A stretch of 60,696 nt of DNA from an uncultured Clostridia bacterium (lineage in GTDB: Bacteria; Bacillota; Clostridia; TANB77; CAG-508), in assembly GCA_947626025.1 (NCBI GenBank), contig CANQQQ010000004.1:1-60696 (forward strand). Reading direction: 5' to 3'. Position numbers and translations under genes: made by a program. Positions 1 through 11,212 of this stretch are shown here, in pieces. How positions within the stretch are numbered: the stretch's first letter is position 1; every line of letters starts with the position of its first letter. Below the pieces are notes generated by a model. It saw only the letters and a program-made list of their open reading frames with translations, was not told the DNA's origin and did no database searches.

Positions 1-123
1 AGTAGAACAATGTCACCAACTATGGTATCACAATATACTTTAAAATTAATTGATAAAAAACTTTTAGAAAATAAATTGAAAGAAATAAGTGATATGGTAG
101 AAGAAAATAATAATAAAAAGTAA
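1..123 (+). CDS. C-terminal fragment of a probable DUF1016/YhcG (PDDEXK nuclease) protein; runs off window start
   Basis: Frame 1 reads SRTMSPTMVSQYTLKLIDKKLLENKLKEISDMVEENNNKK*, resembling YhcG-family C-termini; adjacent to an R-M locus. Confidence 0.55.
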   Translation, partial: SRTMSPTMVSQYTLKLIDKKLLENKLKEISDMVEENNNKK

Positions 124-181
124 AAAATATAATTTTATTTATGATATAAAATATATTAGAGTTTTATAAGGAGCGATAAAA

Positions 182-1720
182 ATGAACAATATTCAAATTA
201 CAAAAAATGAAATAATAAGTGACATAAAAAAAAGAGTAGAAGACAAAATATTAGAAAATGAAAATGCGGATTTATTAATTAAATTAATTAATAATGCAGA
301 AGACATAGATGAAGCAATAGAAATTGCTCATTTGGGTAATAAATATAAAAAAACAGGACTAAATTATGATGTTAGACTTGTTAAAGCTTCACATGTAATT
401 AAATACCTATATAAAGATGAGAATCTAAGTTTTAAAAATAAAGATGCAGAAATAACTCATAAATTAATTATAGGAGAAAATTATGAAGCATTGCTAAATC
501 TATTGATTGAATATAGGAATAGAATAGATGTTATATATATAGATCCTCCATATAGTAAAGACAAAATGGGAGATTATGCAAAAACAAATTATAATAACAA
601 TATAACTAGAGATAATTTGTTATCAATGCTATATCCAAGATTAGTTTTAGCAAAACAATTATTGTCAGATAATGGATTAATTTTCTGTAGTATAGATGAT
701 AAAAATTATGCATACGTAAAATGCTTATTTGATGACATTTTTGAAGAAAGACATTTTATTAATACTTTCGTTTGGAAAAAGAATTCAAGTGGTAAAACCG
801 AAAAAGATAAATATACTGTAAATACTGAATATGTTTTACTATATGCAAAAACAGCAATGTATGCACTTGAAGAAGTTTTTAAACCTTTAGCTGAAGCTAC
901 AAAAGCCTTATATAAAAATGATGATGGAGATGGAAGAGGATTATACCGTCTATATCCATTACAAAAGCCAAGAGATCCTGGACCAGAAACTACATATGAT
1001 TATGTCGATAATAATGGAAAAGTGTGGGCATGTCCTCCAAAAGGATGGAGAATGAAGCAAAGTAAATTAAAGGAATTAGAAAATGATGGAAGATTATGCC
1101 TGACTAATACTACACTTTCTGAAAAAGCATATTGGAACGAAAGAAAGAGTGAAGGTAAAAGAATAGATACATTATGGGATGATTTACCTGAAAATAGTGC
1201 GGGAACAAAAGAATTAGAAGAAATAATAGGAAAAGATAAATTTGACAATCCTAAACCTGTTGAATTAATCAAAAGATGCATAAATGTTGCGAATAACAAT
1301 GCTATTGTTTTAGACTTTTTTGCAGGTAGTGGAACGACGGGACAAGCAGTTTTAGAACTTAATAAGGAGGATGGAGGAAATCGACAATTTATATTATGTA
1401 CTTTAGACGAAGTAACTGATAAAACGCCAAATGGAATTGCTCATGATGTAACTACAAAGAGACTAAAAAGAATTATGACTGGAGAATGCTACGATAAGAC
1501 TAATAAATTTAAATGGTTAGAGAAAAATGATATTTTAGATGACAATCTAGATGTATATGAAATTGGAAAAGTATCTGATTTTGAAAATGTCGATGGCAAA
1601 ACCCCATTTGAATTAATTAATGAAGAAAACTATGGAGTGAAAAAATTCAATACAATAAAAGAAAAAATAGATTGGGTTTGTAATAATTTTGAAATTACAG
1701 AAAAGGAAATTGAAGAATAA
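182..1720 (+). CDS. mod: Type III R-M modification subunit (N6-adenine DNA methyltransferase)
   Basis: 512 aa; IYIDPPY catalytic motif followed by VLDFFAGSGTTG SAM-binding motif (beta-class order); directly upstream of a Res-like helicase/nuclease. Confidence 0.9.
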   Translation: MNNIQITKNEIISDIKKRVEDKILENENADLLIKLINNAEDIDEAIEIAHLGNKYKKTGLNYDVRLVKASHVIKYLYKDENLSFKNKDAEITHKLIIGENYEALLNLLIEYRNRIDVIYIDPPYSKDKMGDYAKTNYNNNITRDNLLSMLYPRLVLAKQLLSDNGLIFCSIDDKNYAYVKCLFDDIFEERHFINTFVWKKNSSGKTEKDKYTVNTEYVLLYAKTAMYALEEVFKPLAEATKALYKNDDGDGRGLYRLYPLQKPRDPGPETTYDYVDNNGKVWACPPKGWRMKQSKLKELENDGRLCLTNTTLSEKAYWNERKSEGKRIDTLWDDLPENSAGTKELEEIIGKDKFDNPKPVELIKRCINVANNNAIVLDFFAGSGTTGQAVLELNKEDGGNRQFILCTLDEVTDKTPNGIAHDVTTKRLKRIMTGECYDKTNKFKWLEKNDILDDNLDVYEIGKVSDFENVDGKTPFELINEENYGVKKFNTIKEKIDWVCNNFEITEKEIEE

Positions 1721-1739
1721 CTAGAAGGGAGAAAATTTA

Positions 1740-3855
1740 ATGTTAAAACAGATAATTGAATTACAAAAAAGAGCTGTTCAACAATTAATTGATGTTATTA
1801 AAGTTAAAGATGAAGTCACTTTCAGAGCTCCTACTGGTAGTGGTAAGACATTTATGATGGCTGATTTTATGAATCAAATATTATCGCAAAATAATGATAT
1901 AATATTTTTAGTTTCAACTCTTTCAAAGGGAAATCTAGCTGAGCAAAATAATGAAAAGTTTTGCGAGTATGCTTCCACTGGCAAATTTCCATTTTTAGAC
2001 ACGTATTTAATCAGTAGTGAAACATCATCTGAAGAAGAGCCATATATTCCACCAACTCATAATGTATATATTTTACCTCGAGATTTATATAAAGATGGAA
2101 GTCGATTAAAACAAGGTGCAATGGAGCATTTTTTAAATACTATGACTCTAAATAAACATTTTTCGGGTTTTGAAAAAAATATATATCTAATAAAAGATGA
2201 ATGTCATATTGCAACTTCAAATTTAGATAATATATCTAGTTATTTTGAAAAAATTATAAACTTTTCTGCTACTCCTAAATTGAAAAGAGGCCAAATTCCT
2301 GATGTTGAAATAACAGATGATGAAGCAGTAGAAGCTCAGTTGATAAAAAGAATTGAATTAGGAGATGAAAATGATGATGTAGAAGTAGCGATTAATAAAT
2401 TTAGAGAGATAAAAAAAGAATATAGAAACAATCTGTATATTAATCCATGTTTAATTATTCAAATATCAAATAAAGAAATAGCTGAGAGAGAATTAAATAA
2501 ACTTATTCCACTTTTAAATGAAAAACAAGATTTAAATTGGATGCTGATAGTTGATAAAGAAAAAGAATGTAAAACCAATGAAGCATTTGAAAAAAAAGGT
2601 TTACCTGTAAAAGAATGGAAAAAATACGCAAAGCAACCTAATTCAACAATTGATGTTATCATCTTTAAAATGGTCATTTCAGAAGGCTGGGATATTCCAA
2701 GAGCATGTATGCTATATCAAATTAGGAAAACCAAAAGTGAACAACTAGATGAACAAGTAATTGGTAGAGTAAGGCGAAATCCTAGATTACTGGACTTTGA
2801 AAATTTAAATGAAGATGCTAAAAAACTTGCATTAACATCCTGGATATGGGGAAATCAACCAGAGAAACGGAAAAGGCGGAGTTAGAGGTGTAAAATTATT
2901 TGAAGAGCCATCTGATATAACAAATGCTCTAAGATTAAAGACAACTAGGTTGAAAACAATTTCTAACAAGAATCATTTTGACATATATAATTTAATCGAA
3001 ACACAAAAAAAGGAGAATTTGTATGAAAGTATTTTTTCAATATACAAAAAATTAAATCGAACTGATGATGAAGTAAAAGAGTTATGTTATAAATATTCAG
3101 ATACTTATCAAAAATGGTTTAGATTTAATTCAAACTTAGATAAAATTGTTGAAGAGAATACGAAATATATTTGTAATTATACTGAAAGTATGGAAATAAC
3201 AAAAGATGAAAATGGAGAAGAATTATTTGTATCATTTCCATGTAATTCTTCTTATACGGATAATGGAAATTATGAAAATATTAATGATTGGGTATGGAAG
3301 AGAACCGATGGTATGGATAAATTTTCTTTTGATAGTGAAGCCGAAAGAGAATGGGCATATATTATGAAAGAAATTTCTAATATAAGATTAAAGGACAATA
3401 AAAGCATTGTTAAAAGTGTATTAACTGGAAAAAAGAATCGAAATAGAGGAGCAATAAATATTTTTAATGAAGTTGAAAAGGAGAAAATTAATCCTAAAGA
3501 AAAGTTCTTATGGGGAAAAAATTTTACTACAAATTCAAATATAAAATTTGAATATTATTTAAATGGGATTTACTCCTCATATCCTGACTTTATAATGAAA
3601 GATTGTTTTGAAAGAATTCATATTTTTGAAGTTAAAAGTGTTAATTTGTCTTCAAATTTAAATATTGATTCAAATAAATATAAAGAAAAAATAGAAGAAT
3701 TAAAAAAATGTTATAAACAAGCATCAATACTGACTAAATATTATTTTTATTTACCAATTTTAAAAGACGACATATGGTTTATAACCAAATTTGACAATGG
3801 AGAAGAAAGTACAATTACAAAAGAACAGCTTATTGAACAACTAGAAAGAGGATAA
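1740..3855 (+). CDS. res: Type III R-M restriction subunit, split into two frames; rejoined by a +1 shift at CGG 2868 (about 704 aa)
   Basis: 5' part has APTGSGKT, DECH, SATP, EGWDIP and QVIGRVRR helicase motifs; 3' part has YPDF..FEVKS nuclease motif. Junction GAG AAA C-GGA AAA GGC GGA GTT AGA; the +1 frame is open from 2836 to 3855. Confidence 0.85.
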
Positions 3856-3900
3856 TTAATTAATAAATCAAATAGAAAAATAATTTGTAAGGAGCAAATA

Positions 3901-3966
3901 ATGAAGGTAGAGTTAATAGGAACAGGAGCAATATACACTAAATATAATAGTGCTTGTGTAATTTAA
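3901..3966 (+). pseudogene. 5' remnant of a probable metallo-beta-lactamase-fold (RNase Z-like) gene
   Basis: AAGGAG ribosome-binding site, then MKVELIGTGAIYTKYNSACVI*, resembling the xLGTG...xSC start of MBL-fold hydrolases; no continuation seen. Confidence 0.45.
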
Positions 3967-4273
3967 GTAAAATGAAAGTAGACACAAAGAAGTGTTTACT
4001 TTCATTTTTTATATATTTCATCTAAATCTATGTCATTTAAGTATTAAAATAAATCATAAGTTATACTTATTGAGACTATACTTAATAAGAACTGTCTTTT
4101 TTTATGATTTTTATGGAAAAAATATTAATAATATGATAAACTATAAAAGAATTTTAGGAGGCATAATTTATAACTATACAATATATATGAAAAGAATGGA
4201 TAATGGCAGAACTAAAAAGTATTTGACTATGTAGATAAAAGGTGAAAATGAAATATGAAGGGAGGTTATAAGA

Positions 4274-4759
4274 ATGAATAAATCTTGTAATTGCGGTGAA
4301 AAAACATCAGAACTAGATGGGATACTATCAAAATATGAAAAAGATAAAAGTAATTTAATTCAAATATTAAATGAAGTACAAGAATATTATGGATATGTAC
4401 CAACTAAAGCACAAGAGGAAATATCTAAGTATTTAAATATTGAAATGGCAGAAATATATGGAGTAATTACTTTTTATTCTAGGTTCACATTAAAACCAAA
4501 GGGAAAATACAATATTGCTGTATGCTTAGGAACAGCATGTTTTGTAAAAGGATCTGAAAAATTACTAGATACAGCAAAAGAAGCATTAAAAATAAAAGAA
4601 GGAGAAACAACACCAGATGGAAAATTTTCATTGGAAGCAACTAGATGTATCGGAGCATGCGGATTAGCACCAGTATTCACAGTAAATAACGAGGTATATG
4701 GAAAAGCTACACCAGAACTAATGAAAAAAGTTATAGAAGAATATAAAAATAAAGAATAG
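4274..4759 (+). CDS. hydC: [FeFe] hydrogenase NuoE-like 2Fe-2S subunit (HydC/HndA type)
   Basis: VCLGTACFVKG and RCIGACGLAP motifs. Confidence 0.9.
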   Translation: MNKSCNCGEKTSELDGILSKYEKDKSNLIQILNEVQEYYGYVPTKAQEEISKYLNIEMAEIYGVITFYSRFTLKPKGKYNIAVCLGTACFVKGSEKLLDTAKEALKIKEGETTPDGKFSLEATRCIGACGLAPVFTVNNEVYGKATPELMKKVIEEYKNKE

Positions 4760-4772
4760 GAGATATATCTTT

Positions 4773-6626
4773 ATGACATTGGAAAAAATAAAAGAAATAA
4801 GAAAAGAAAAAAGAAAAGAACTAGATTTAAGAATTAATTTAAATGCAGATACAAAAGAAAAACATATATTAGTATGTCGAGGAACAGGATGTACTTCATC
4901 AAAATCACCAAAAATCATAGAAAATTTTAGGAAAATTTTAAAAGAAAAGAAAATTGATAACGTAAGAGTAATTCAAACAGGGTGTTTTGGACTTTGCGCA
5001 AAAGGACCAATTGTTATTATACGACCAGAAGATACTTTTTATGCAATGGTTACTCCAGAAGATTGTGAAGAAATAATTAATACACATATTATCGAAGGAA
5101 AAAAAGTAGAAAGATTACTTTGTAAAGATGTTGATGATAAACTAGTAGAAAGATTAGATGAATTAAATTTCTATAAAAAGCAAAAAAGAATTGCACTTAA
5201 AAATTGTGGAATTATTGATCCGGAGAATATAGAAGAGTACATAGCATTTGATGGATATAAAGCACTAGAAAAAGTTTTAACTTCTATGAGTCAAGATGAT
5301 GTTATTAAGGAAGTAACAGATTCTGGTTTAAGAGGAAGAGGCGGAGCAGGATTTCCAACTGGCAAAAAGTGGATGTTTACGAAAATGGCAGAAGGAGATC
5401 AAAAATATGTTGTATGTAATGCAGATGAGGGTGATCCAGGTGCATTTATGGATAGAAGTATATTAGAGGGGGATCCTCACTGTGTTATTGAAGCAATGAT
5501 GATAGCAGGATATGCTATTGGGGCTAATAAAGGATACATATATGTAAGAGCTGAATATCCAATAGCCGTTCAGAGATTTCAAAAAGCAATTGACCAAGCA
5601 AGAGAATATGAAATATTAGGTAATAATATTTGGGGTACAGATTTTAGTTTTGATTTGGAAATAAGATTAGGAGCAGGTGCCTTTGTTTGCGGTGAGGAAA
5701 CAGCACTTTTAGAATCAATAGAAGGAAGACGTGGTCAACCAAGATTAAAGCCACCATTTCCTGCAAATGCAGGTTTATGGCAAAAGCCTACTTTAATTAA
5801 TAATGTAGAAACTTATGCAAACATTACAAAAATTATATTAAATGGTGCAGAGTGGTATTCAAGTATAGGTACAGAAACTTCTAAAGGAACAAAAGTATTT
5901 GCACTAGGTGGAAATGTTGTAAATATTGGATTAGTAGAGGTGCCAATGGGAACCACTTTAAGAGAAATTGTATTTGACATTGGCGGAGGAATACCAAATG
6001 GTCATAATTTTAAAGTAGCACAAACAGGTGGCCCTTCAGGAGGTTGTATACCTGCAGAACATTTAGATACACCAATTGATTATGAGTCATTATCAGCAAT
6101 TGGCTCTATGATGGGATCTGGTGGGCTAATTGTAATGGATGATACAAAATGTATGGTGAATTTAGCAAAATTCTATCTAGGATTTACAGTAGACGAATCT
6201 TGTGGTAAATGTACACCATGCAGAATCGGAACAAAAAGAATGCTTGAGATAATAGAAAAGATAACAAGAGGTGCTGGAACTGAAGAAGACTTAGAAAATT
6301 TAGAAAAATTAGCTATTAATGTAAAAAATGCATCTGTATGTGGTCTAGGTCAAACAGCACCAAATCCAGTACTTTCAACATTAAAATATTTTAGAGATGA
6401 ATATGAAGCACATATCAAAGATAAAAGGTGTCCAGCTGGAGAATGTAAAGCTTTGACTAAAATTACAATAGATCCAGAAAAATGTAAAGGCTGTGGTCTA
6501 TGTAAAAAGCAATGCCCTGTTAATGCGATTGTAGGAGAACCAAGAAAGGCACATAAAATTAACTCAGCTATATGTATTAAGTGTAGAGCTTGTGTTAATA
6601 ACTGCCCATTTAAGGCTATTAGTTAA
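4773..6626 (+). CDS. hydB: [FeFe] hydrogenase NuoF-like FMN/NADH subunit (HydB/HndC type)
   Basis: GLRGRGGAGFPTG, CNADEGDPGAFMDR, ESCGKCTPCRIG; N-terminal thioredoxin-like 2Fe-2S and C-terminal 2x[4Fe-4S] domains. Confidence 0.92.
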   Translation: MTLEKIKEIRKEKRKELDLRINLNADTKEKHILVCRGTGCTSSKSPKIIENFRKILKEKKIDNVRVIQTGCFGLCAKGPIVIIRPEDTFYAMVTPEDCEEIINTHIIEGKKVERLLCKDVDDKLVERLDELNFYKKQKRIALKNCGIIDPENIEEYIAFDGYKALEKVLTSMSQDDVIKEVTDSGLRGRGGAGFPTGKKWMFTKMAEGDQKYVVCNADEGDPGAFMDRSILEGDPHCVIEAMMIAGYAIGANKGYIYVRAEYPIAVQRFQKAIDQAREYEILGNNIWGTDFSFDLEIRLGAGAFVCGEETALLESIEGRRGQPRLKPPFPANAGLWQKPTLINNVETYANITKIILNGAEWYSSIGTETSKGTKVFALGGNVVNIGLVEVPMGTTLREIVFDIGGGIPNGHNFKVAQTGGPSGGCIPAEHLDTPIDYESLSAIGSMMGSGGLIVMDDTKCMVNLAKFYLGFTVDESCGKCTPCRIGTKRMLEIIEKITRGAGTEEDLENLEKLAINVKNASVCGLGQTAPNPVLSTLKYFRDEYEAHIKDKRCPAGECKALTKITIDPEKCKGCGLCKKQCPVNAIVGEPRKAHKINSAICIKCRACVNNCPFKAIS

Positions 6627-6649
6627 TATAGCGAAAGGAGAAATAAATT

Positions 6650-8407
6650 ATGTCAGATATGATAAACTTAACAATAGATGGTAAACAAATAGAAGTAAAA
6701 AAAGGAACTACTATATTAGAAGCAGCAAAAAAAGCAAGTATTGATATTCCTACATTGTGTTTCTTAAAAGAAATTAATGAGATTGGCGCTTGTAGAATGT
6801 GCTTAGTAGAAGTAGAAGGTAGAAGAGGTTTTGTGACATCTTGTATTGAAAAGGTACAAGAAGGCATGGTTGTTAAAACTAATACGAAAGAATTAACAGA
6901 AGCTAGAAAAATAGTACTAGATTTGATTTTATCAAATCATCAAAGAGACTGTTTAACATGTGTTAGGAATAAAAATTGTGAATTACAAAAACTAGCAGAA
7001 GAATTTGGAGTTACAGGTGTATTATATAATGGAAAAATCCAATCCCATGAGAAAGATGAAAAATCTGTATCAATAGTTAGAAATTTTAACAAATGTGTTT
7101 TATGTGGGAGATGTGTAGCAACTTGCAAAAAAGTACAAGGAATTGGAGCAATTGATTTTGTAAATAGAGGTTTTGAATCTTGTGTATCTACAGTAGAAGG
7201 AAAGAGTTTAGCAGATGTAAACTGTGTTCTATGTGGTCAATGCATAGAGGCTTGTCCAGTAGGTGCATTAACTGAAAAAGATTCTACAGAGGTAGTATGG
7301 GAAAAATTAAGAGATAATGATACTTATGTTGTAGTACAAACTGCACCAGCAGTAAGAGTAGCACTAGGTGAAGAATTTGGAATGGAAATTGGTACAAATG
7401 TAACGGGTAAGATGATTGCATCTTTGAAAAGATTGGGATTTGATAGAGTATTTGATACAAACACAGGTGCAGACTTTACTATTATGGAAGAAGGAACAGA
7501 ATTTATAGATAGATTAAATAATGGTGGAGTTCTTCCAATGATAACCTCATGTAGTCCTGGATGGATCAATTATTGTGAAAAGAATTATCCTGATCAATTA
7601 GAACATTTATCTAGCTGTAAGTCACCACATACAATGTTTGGTGCACTTATAAAATCATACTTTGCAGAAATAAATAACTTAGATCCATCAAAAATATTTG
7701 TGGTATCAGTTATGCCATGTGTTGCAAAAAAATATGAAATTACAAGAGATGACATGTCAGGCACAGGGTATCAAGACGTAGATGCAGTTATTACTACAAG
7801 AGAACTTGCGAGAATGATTAAACAAGCTCGTATAGATTTTAAATCACTAGAAGAAGAAACATTTGATGACCCAATGGGAGAAGCAACAGGGGCAGGAGCA
7901 ATTTTTGGAACAACTGGAGGAGTAATGGAAGCTGCGCTAAGAACAGTAGCAGAGGTAGTTACAGGAGATAAATTAGAAAATTTAGATTTTGATGATGTAA
8001 GAGGAAAAGAAGGAATTAAAAAAGCTAGAATTGAACTAGCTGGAAAAGAAATAAAAGTCGCTGTTGCATCTGGCTTAGCAAATGCAAAAAAGATAATGGA
8101 TGAAGTAAGAGCTGGAACAGCAGATTATCAATTTGTAGAAATAATGGCATGTCCAGGAGGATGTATAATGGGTGGAGGTCAACCTATTCATTCATCAAAA
8201 GAAAGAGCAGAAATTGATATTAGAAAAAAGAGAGCAGATGCTTTATATTCAGTAGATGAAAGAAGTGTTATTAGAAAATCTCATGAAAATCCTATTCTTA
8301 AAAAGATATACAAAGATTTTCTAGGAAATCCAGGCGGTCATAGAGCACATGAATTATTACACACAACTTTTAATAAGCAAGATAAGTATAAACTAATTAA
8401 TTTATGA
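6650..8407 (+). CDS. hydA: [FeFe] hydrogenase catalytic subunit (group A3-like)
   Basis: H-cluster motifs TSCSPGW, MPCVAKKYE, EIMACPGGCIMGGGQP; N-terminal F-cluster domains. Confidence 0.95.
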   Translation: MSDMINLTIDGKQIEVKKGTTILEAAKKASIDIPTLCFLKEINEIGACRMCLVEVEGRRGFVTSCIEKVQEGMVVKTNTKELTEARKIVLDLILSNHQRDCLTCVRNKNCELQKLAEEFGVTGVLYNGKIQSHEKDEKSVSIVRNFNKCVLCGRCVATCKKVQGIGAIDFVNRGFESCVSTVEGKSLADVNCVLCGQCIEACPVGALTEKDSTEVVWEKLRDNDTYVVVQTAPAVRVALGEEFGMEIGTNVTGKMIASLKRLGFDRVFDTNTGADFTIMEEGTEFIDRLNNGGVLPMITSCSPGWINYCEKNYPDQLEHLSSCKSPHTMFGALIKSYFAEINNLDPSKIFVVSVMPCVAKKYEITRDDMSGTGYQDVDAVITTRELARMIKQARIDFKSLEEETFDDPMGEATGAGAIFGTTGGVMEAALRTVAEVVTGDKLENLDFDDVRGKEGIKKARIELAGKEIKVAVASGLANAKKIMDEVRAGTADYQFVEIMACPGGCIMGGGQPIHSSKERAEIDIRKKRADALYSVDERSVIRKSHENPILKKIYKDFLGNPGGHRAHELLHTTFNKQDKYKLINL

Positions 8408-8494
8408 TATAATGTAATTAGTATATGCTATTTTGCAATAAGGATTTTTCGACTAAAAAGGTAATATATTATAAAGGTTATTTGAGGAGAAAAG

Positions 8495-11200
8495 ATGAAA
8501 AGATTAGTTGTTATTGACGGCAATAGTATTATGAATAGAGCTTTTTATGGGATTATGGGAAGTAAAACTTTACAAACTGAAGATGGAATATATACTAATG
8601 CTATATATGGCTTTTTAGCAATTATGTTTAAGATATTAGATGATTTAAAACCAGAATATCTTGCAGTTGCATTTGATTTAAAGGCACCCACAAAAAGACA
8701 TCAAATGTATGCTGAATATAAGGGAACTAGACATGCTATGCCAGATGAACTTGTAGTACAAATGCCTATAATTAAAGAGATTTTAAGAGCAATGAATATT
8801 ACTATTATTGAAAAAGAAGGATATGAAGCTGATGATATATTAGGGACTCTTGCAAAGATAGCAGAGAAAGAGGGAATTGCAACAACTATTCTTTCAGGAG
8901 ATAGAGATACGTTCCAACTAGCTAGCAAAATGATAACGATAAGAATACCTAGAACAAAAGCAGGAAGAACAGAAGAAGAAGACTTTGATGAGGATAAGGT
9001 TTTTGAAACTTATGGAGTAAGTCCTACTGCAATGATTGAAGTAAAAGGATTAATGGGAGATAAATCAGATAATATTCCTGGAGTTCCTGGAGTAGGAGAA
9101 AAGACCGCATTGGAATTAGTAAAAAAATATGGAACTATAGAAAATTTATATAAAGCTATAGAAGATGGAACTGCAACAGAAAAAGGAAAGTTAAGAGAAA
9201 ATCTTGAAAGCAATAAAGAATTAGCTTTACTTTCAAAGACTTTAGGAACTATAGATATACAAGCACCAATTGAAAATGAAATTAAAGATCTAGAGATAAA
9301 AGAATGGGACAAACCTAAAGTATTAGAACAATTTAGAACACTTAGATTAAAAAAATATATAGAAAGATTTGAACTTGATAAAATAGATACTGGAAACATA
9401 AAAGAGACAAATTTGGAAGAACTTTTTGTTAAAAGACATATATCAAAGGATTCAGAACTTGAAGAATTGAAGAATAAAATTGTTGAACAAAAAGAACTTG
9501 TATATCTTTTCGAAACAAGTGAAGTTCAAAATTCACAAAGTATAATTAATAGAGAAATTTTAAGAATATATATATTCAATAATAACATTGCATATTGCTT
9601 AGATAAAACTTTATTGAAAAGTTTAAAAGATATATATGAAGATAATAGTATAAAAAAAATAGGTTATAAACAAAAGATAGACTATATTTTATTAAAAGAA
9701 CAAAATATTGAGTTGAATAATATATATTTTGACGTAGAAATATCAGGATATTTACTTGATTCAAATGCTTCAAGATATACTTTAGAAGTATTAGCAGAAA
9801 AATATTTGAATATAGATATAACTGACATAGTAAAGAAAAATGATAATACTGGAGTGCAATTAAATTTATTTGAAGAAGTTCAAAAAGATAATAATGACGA
9901 GAATATAGAATATTTATTAAAAGTATATGTAATATCAAAATTATATGAAATAACAAATAATTTACTAATTAAAAATAATCTTATAAATTTGTTTAATGAT
10001 ATAGAAATGCCACTAGAAAAAGTTTTAGCAGATATGCAATATAATGGAATGTTAATAGATAAAAATGAATTAATAAATTATGGAGAATTTTTAAAACAAG
10101 AATTAGTAATCTTGACAGATGAAATATATAAGCTATCAGGTCAAGAATTCAATATTAATTCCCCAAAGCAATTAGGAAAGGTGCTTTTTGAAGATTTAAA
10201 ACTTACTGCTTATAAAAAAACTAAAAGTGGATATTCTACTGATGTAGATGCTCTAGAAAAGATAAGATGGGAACATCCAGTAATAGATAAAATCTTAGAA
10301 TATAGGCAGACTGCAAAATTATATTCAACTTATGTTGAAGGAATGCTACCATATATTAATAAAAACACAGGTAGAATACACTCATATTTCCATCAAACAG
10401 TTACAGCAACAGGAAGATTAAGTAGTACTGATCCAAATTTACAAAATATTCCTACAAGATTTGAGGCAGGAAGAAAACTTAGAGAGGTATTTAAACCACA
10501 AGAAGGATATATATATGTTGATGCAGATTATTCGCAAATAGAATTAAGAGTATTGTCACATGTAGCTAATGATGAAAATCTAATAAGAGCATTTAAAAAC
10601 GGAGAAGACATACATAGACAAGTAGCTTCTCAAGTATTTAACACACCAATTGAAGAAGTAACAAAAGAGCAAAGAAGTCATGCAAAAGCAGTTAATTTTG
10701 GTATAGTTTATGGAATGAGTGATTATGGACTTTCTGAAGAAATAGGAGTTCCGGTAAAAGTGGCAAAACAATATATACAGAACTATTTTGAAAAATATCC
10801 ACAAATAAAAAAATTTGAGGAAGAAGTTATAGAAAAAGCAAAACAAGACGGTTATGTGAGTACTTTATATGGGAGAAGAAGATATATTCCAGAAATAACT
10901 TCTAATAGTTATATGGTAAGGCAATTCGGAATAAGGGTTGCAACTAATACGCCTATACAAGGTACGGCAGCAGACATAATGAAAATTGCCATGATAAATG
11001 TATATAACAAATTAAAAGAGCAAAAACTGAAAGCTAAGATTGTATTACAAATACATGATGAATTGCTTTTAGAAACACCTATTGAGGAAAAAGAAAAAGT
11101 AAAAAAACTATTAAGGACAGAAATGGAAAATGCAACCACACTAAATGTACCTCTAATTGCAGAAGTATCAGAAGCAACTAATTGGGAAGAATGTAAGTAA
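8495..11200 (+). CDS. polA: DNA polymerase I
   Basis: 5'-3' exonuclease (YEADD, GDKSDNIPGV) plus Pol A motifs DYSQIELR, KAVNFGIVYG, QIHDEL. Confidence 0.97.
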   Translation: MKRLVVIDGNSIMNRAFYGIMGSKTLQTEDGIYTNAIYGFLAIMFKILDDLKPEYLAVAFDLKAPTKRHQMYAEYKGTRHAMPDELVVQMPIIKEILRAMNITIIEKEGYEADDILGTLAKIAEKEGIATTILSGDRDTFQLASKMITIRIPRTKAGRTEEEDFDEDKVFETYGVSPTAMIEVKGLMGDKSDNIPGVPGVGEKTALELVKKYGTIENLYKAIEDGTATEKGKLRENLESNKELALLSKTLGTIDIQAPIENEIKDLEIKEWDKPKVLEQFRTLRLKKYIERFELDKIDTGNIKETNLEELFVKRHISKDSELEELKNKIVEQKELVYLFETSEVQNSQSIINREILRIYIFNNNIAYCLDKTLLKSLKDIYEDNSIKKIGYKQKIDYILLKEQNIELNNIYFDVEISGYLLDSNASRYTLEVLAEKYLNIDITDIVKKNDNTGVQLNLFEEVQKDNNDENIEYLLKVYVISKLYEITNNLLIKNNLINLFNDIEMPLEKVLADMQYNGMLIDKNELINYGEFLKQELVILTDEIYKLSGQEFNINSPKQLGKVLFEDLKLTAYKKTKSGYSTDVDALEKIRWEHPVIDKILEYRQTAKLYSTYVEGMLPYINKNTGRIHSYFHQTVTATGRLSSTDPNLQNIPTRFEAGRKLREVFKPQEGYIYVDADYSQIELRVLSHVANDENLIRAFKNGEDIHRQVASQVFNTPIEEVTKEQRSHAKAVNFGIVYGMSDYGLSEEIGVPVKVAKQYIQNYFEKYPQIKKFEEEVIEKAKQDGYVSTLYGRRRYIPEITSNSYMVRQFGIRVATNTPIQGTAADIMKIAMINVYNKLKEQKLKAKIVLQIHDELLLETPIEEKEKVKKLLRTEMENATTLNVPLIAEVSEATNWEECK

Positions 11201-11212
11201 GGAGAAAGAATA

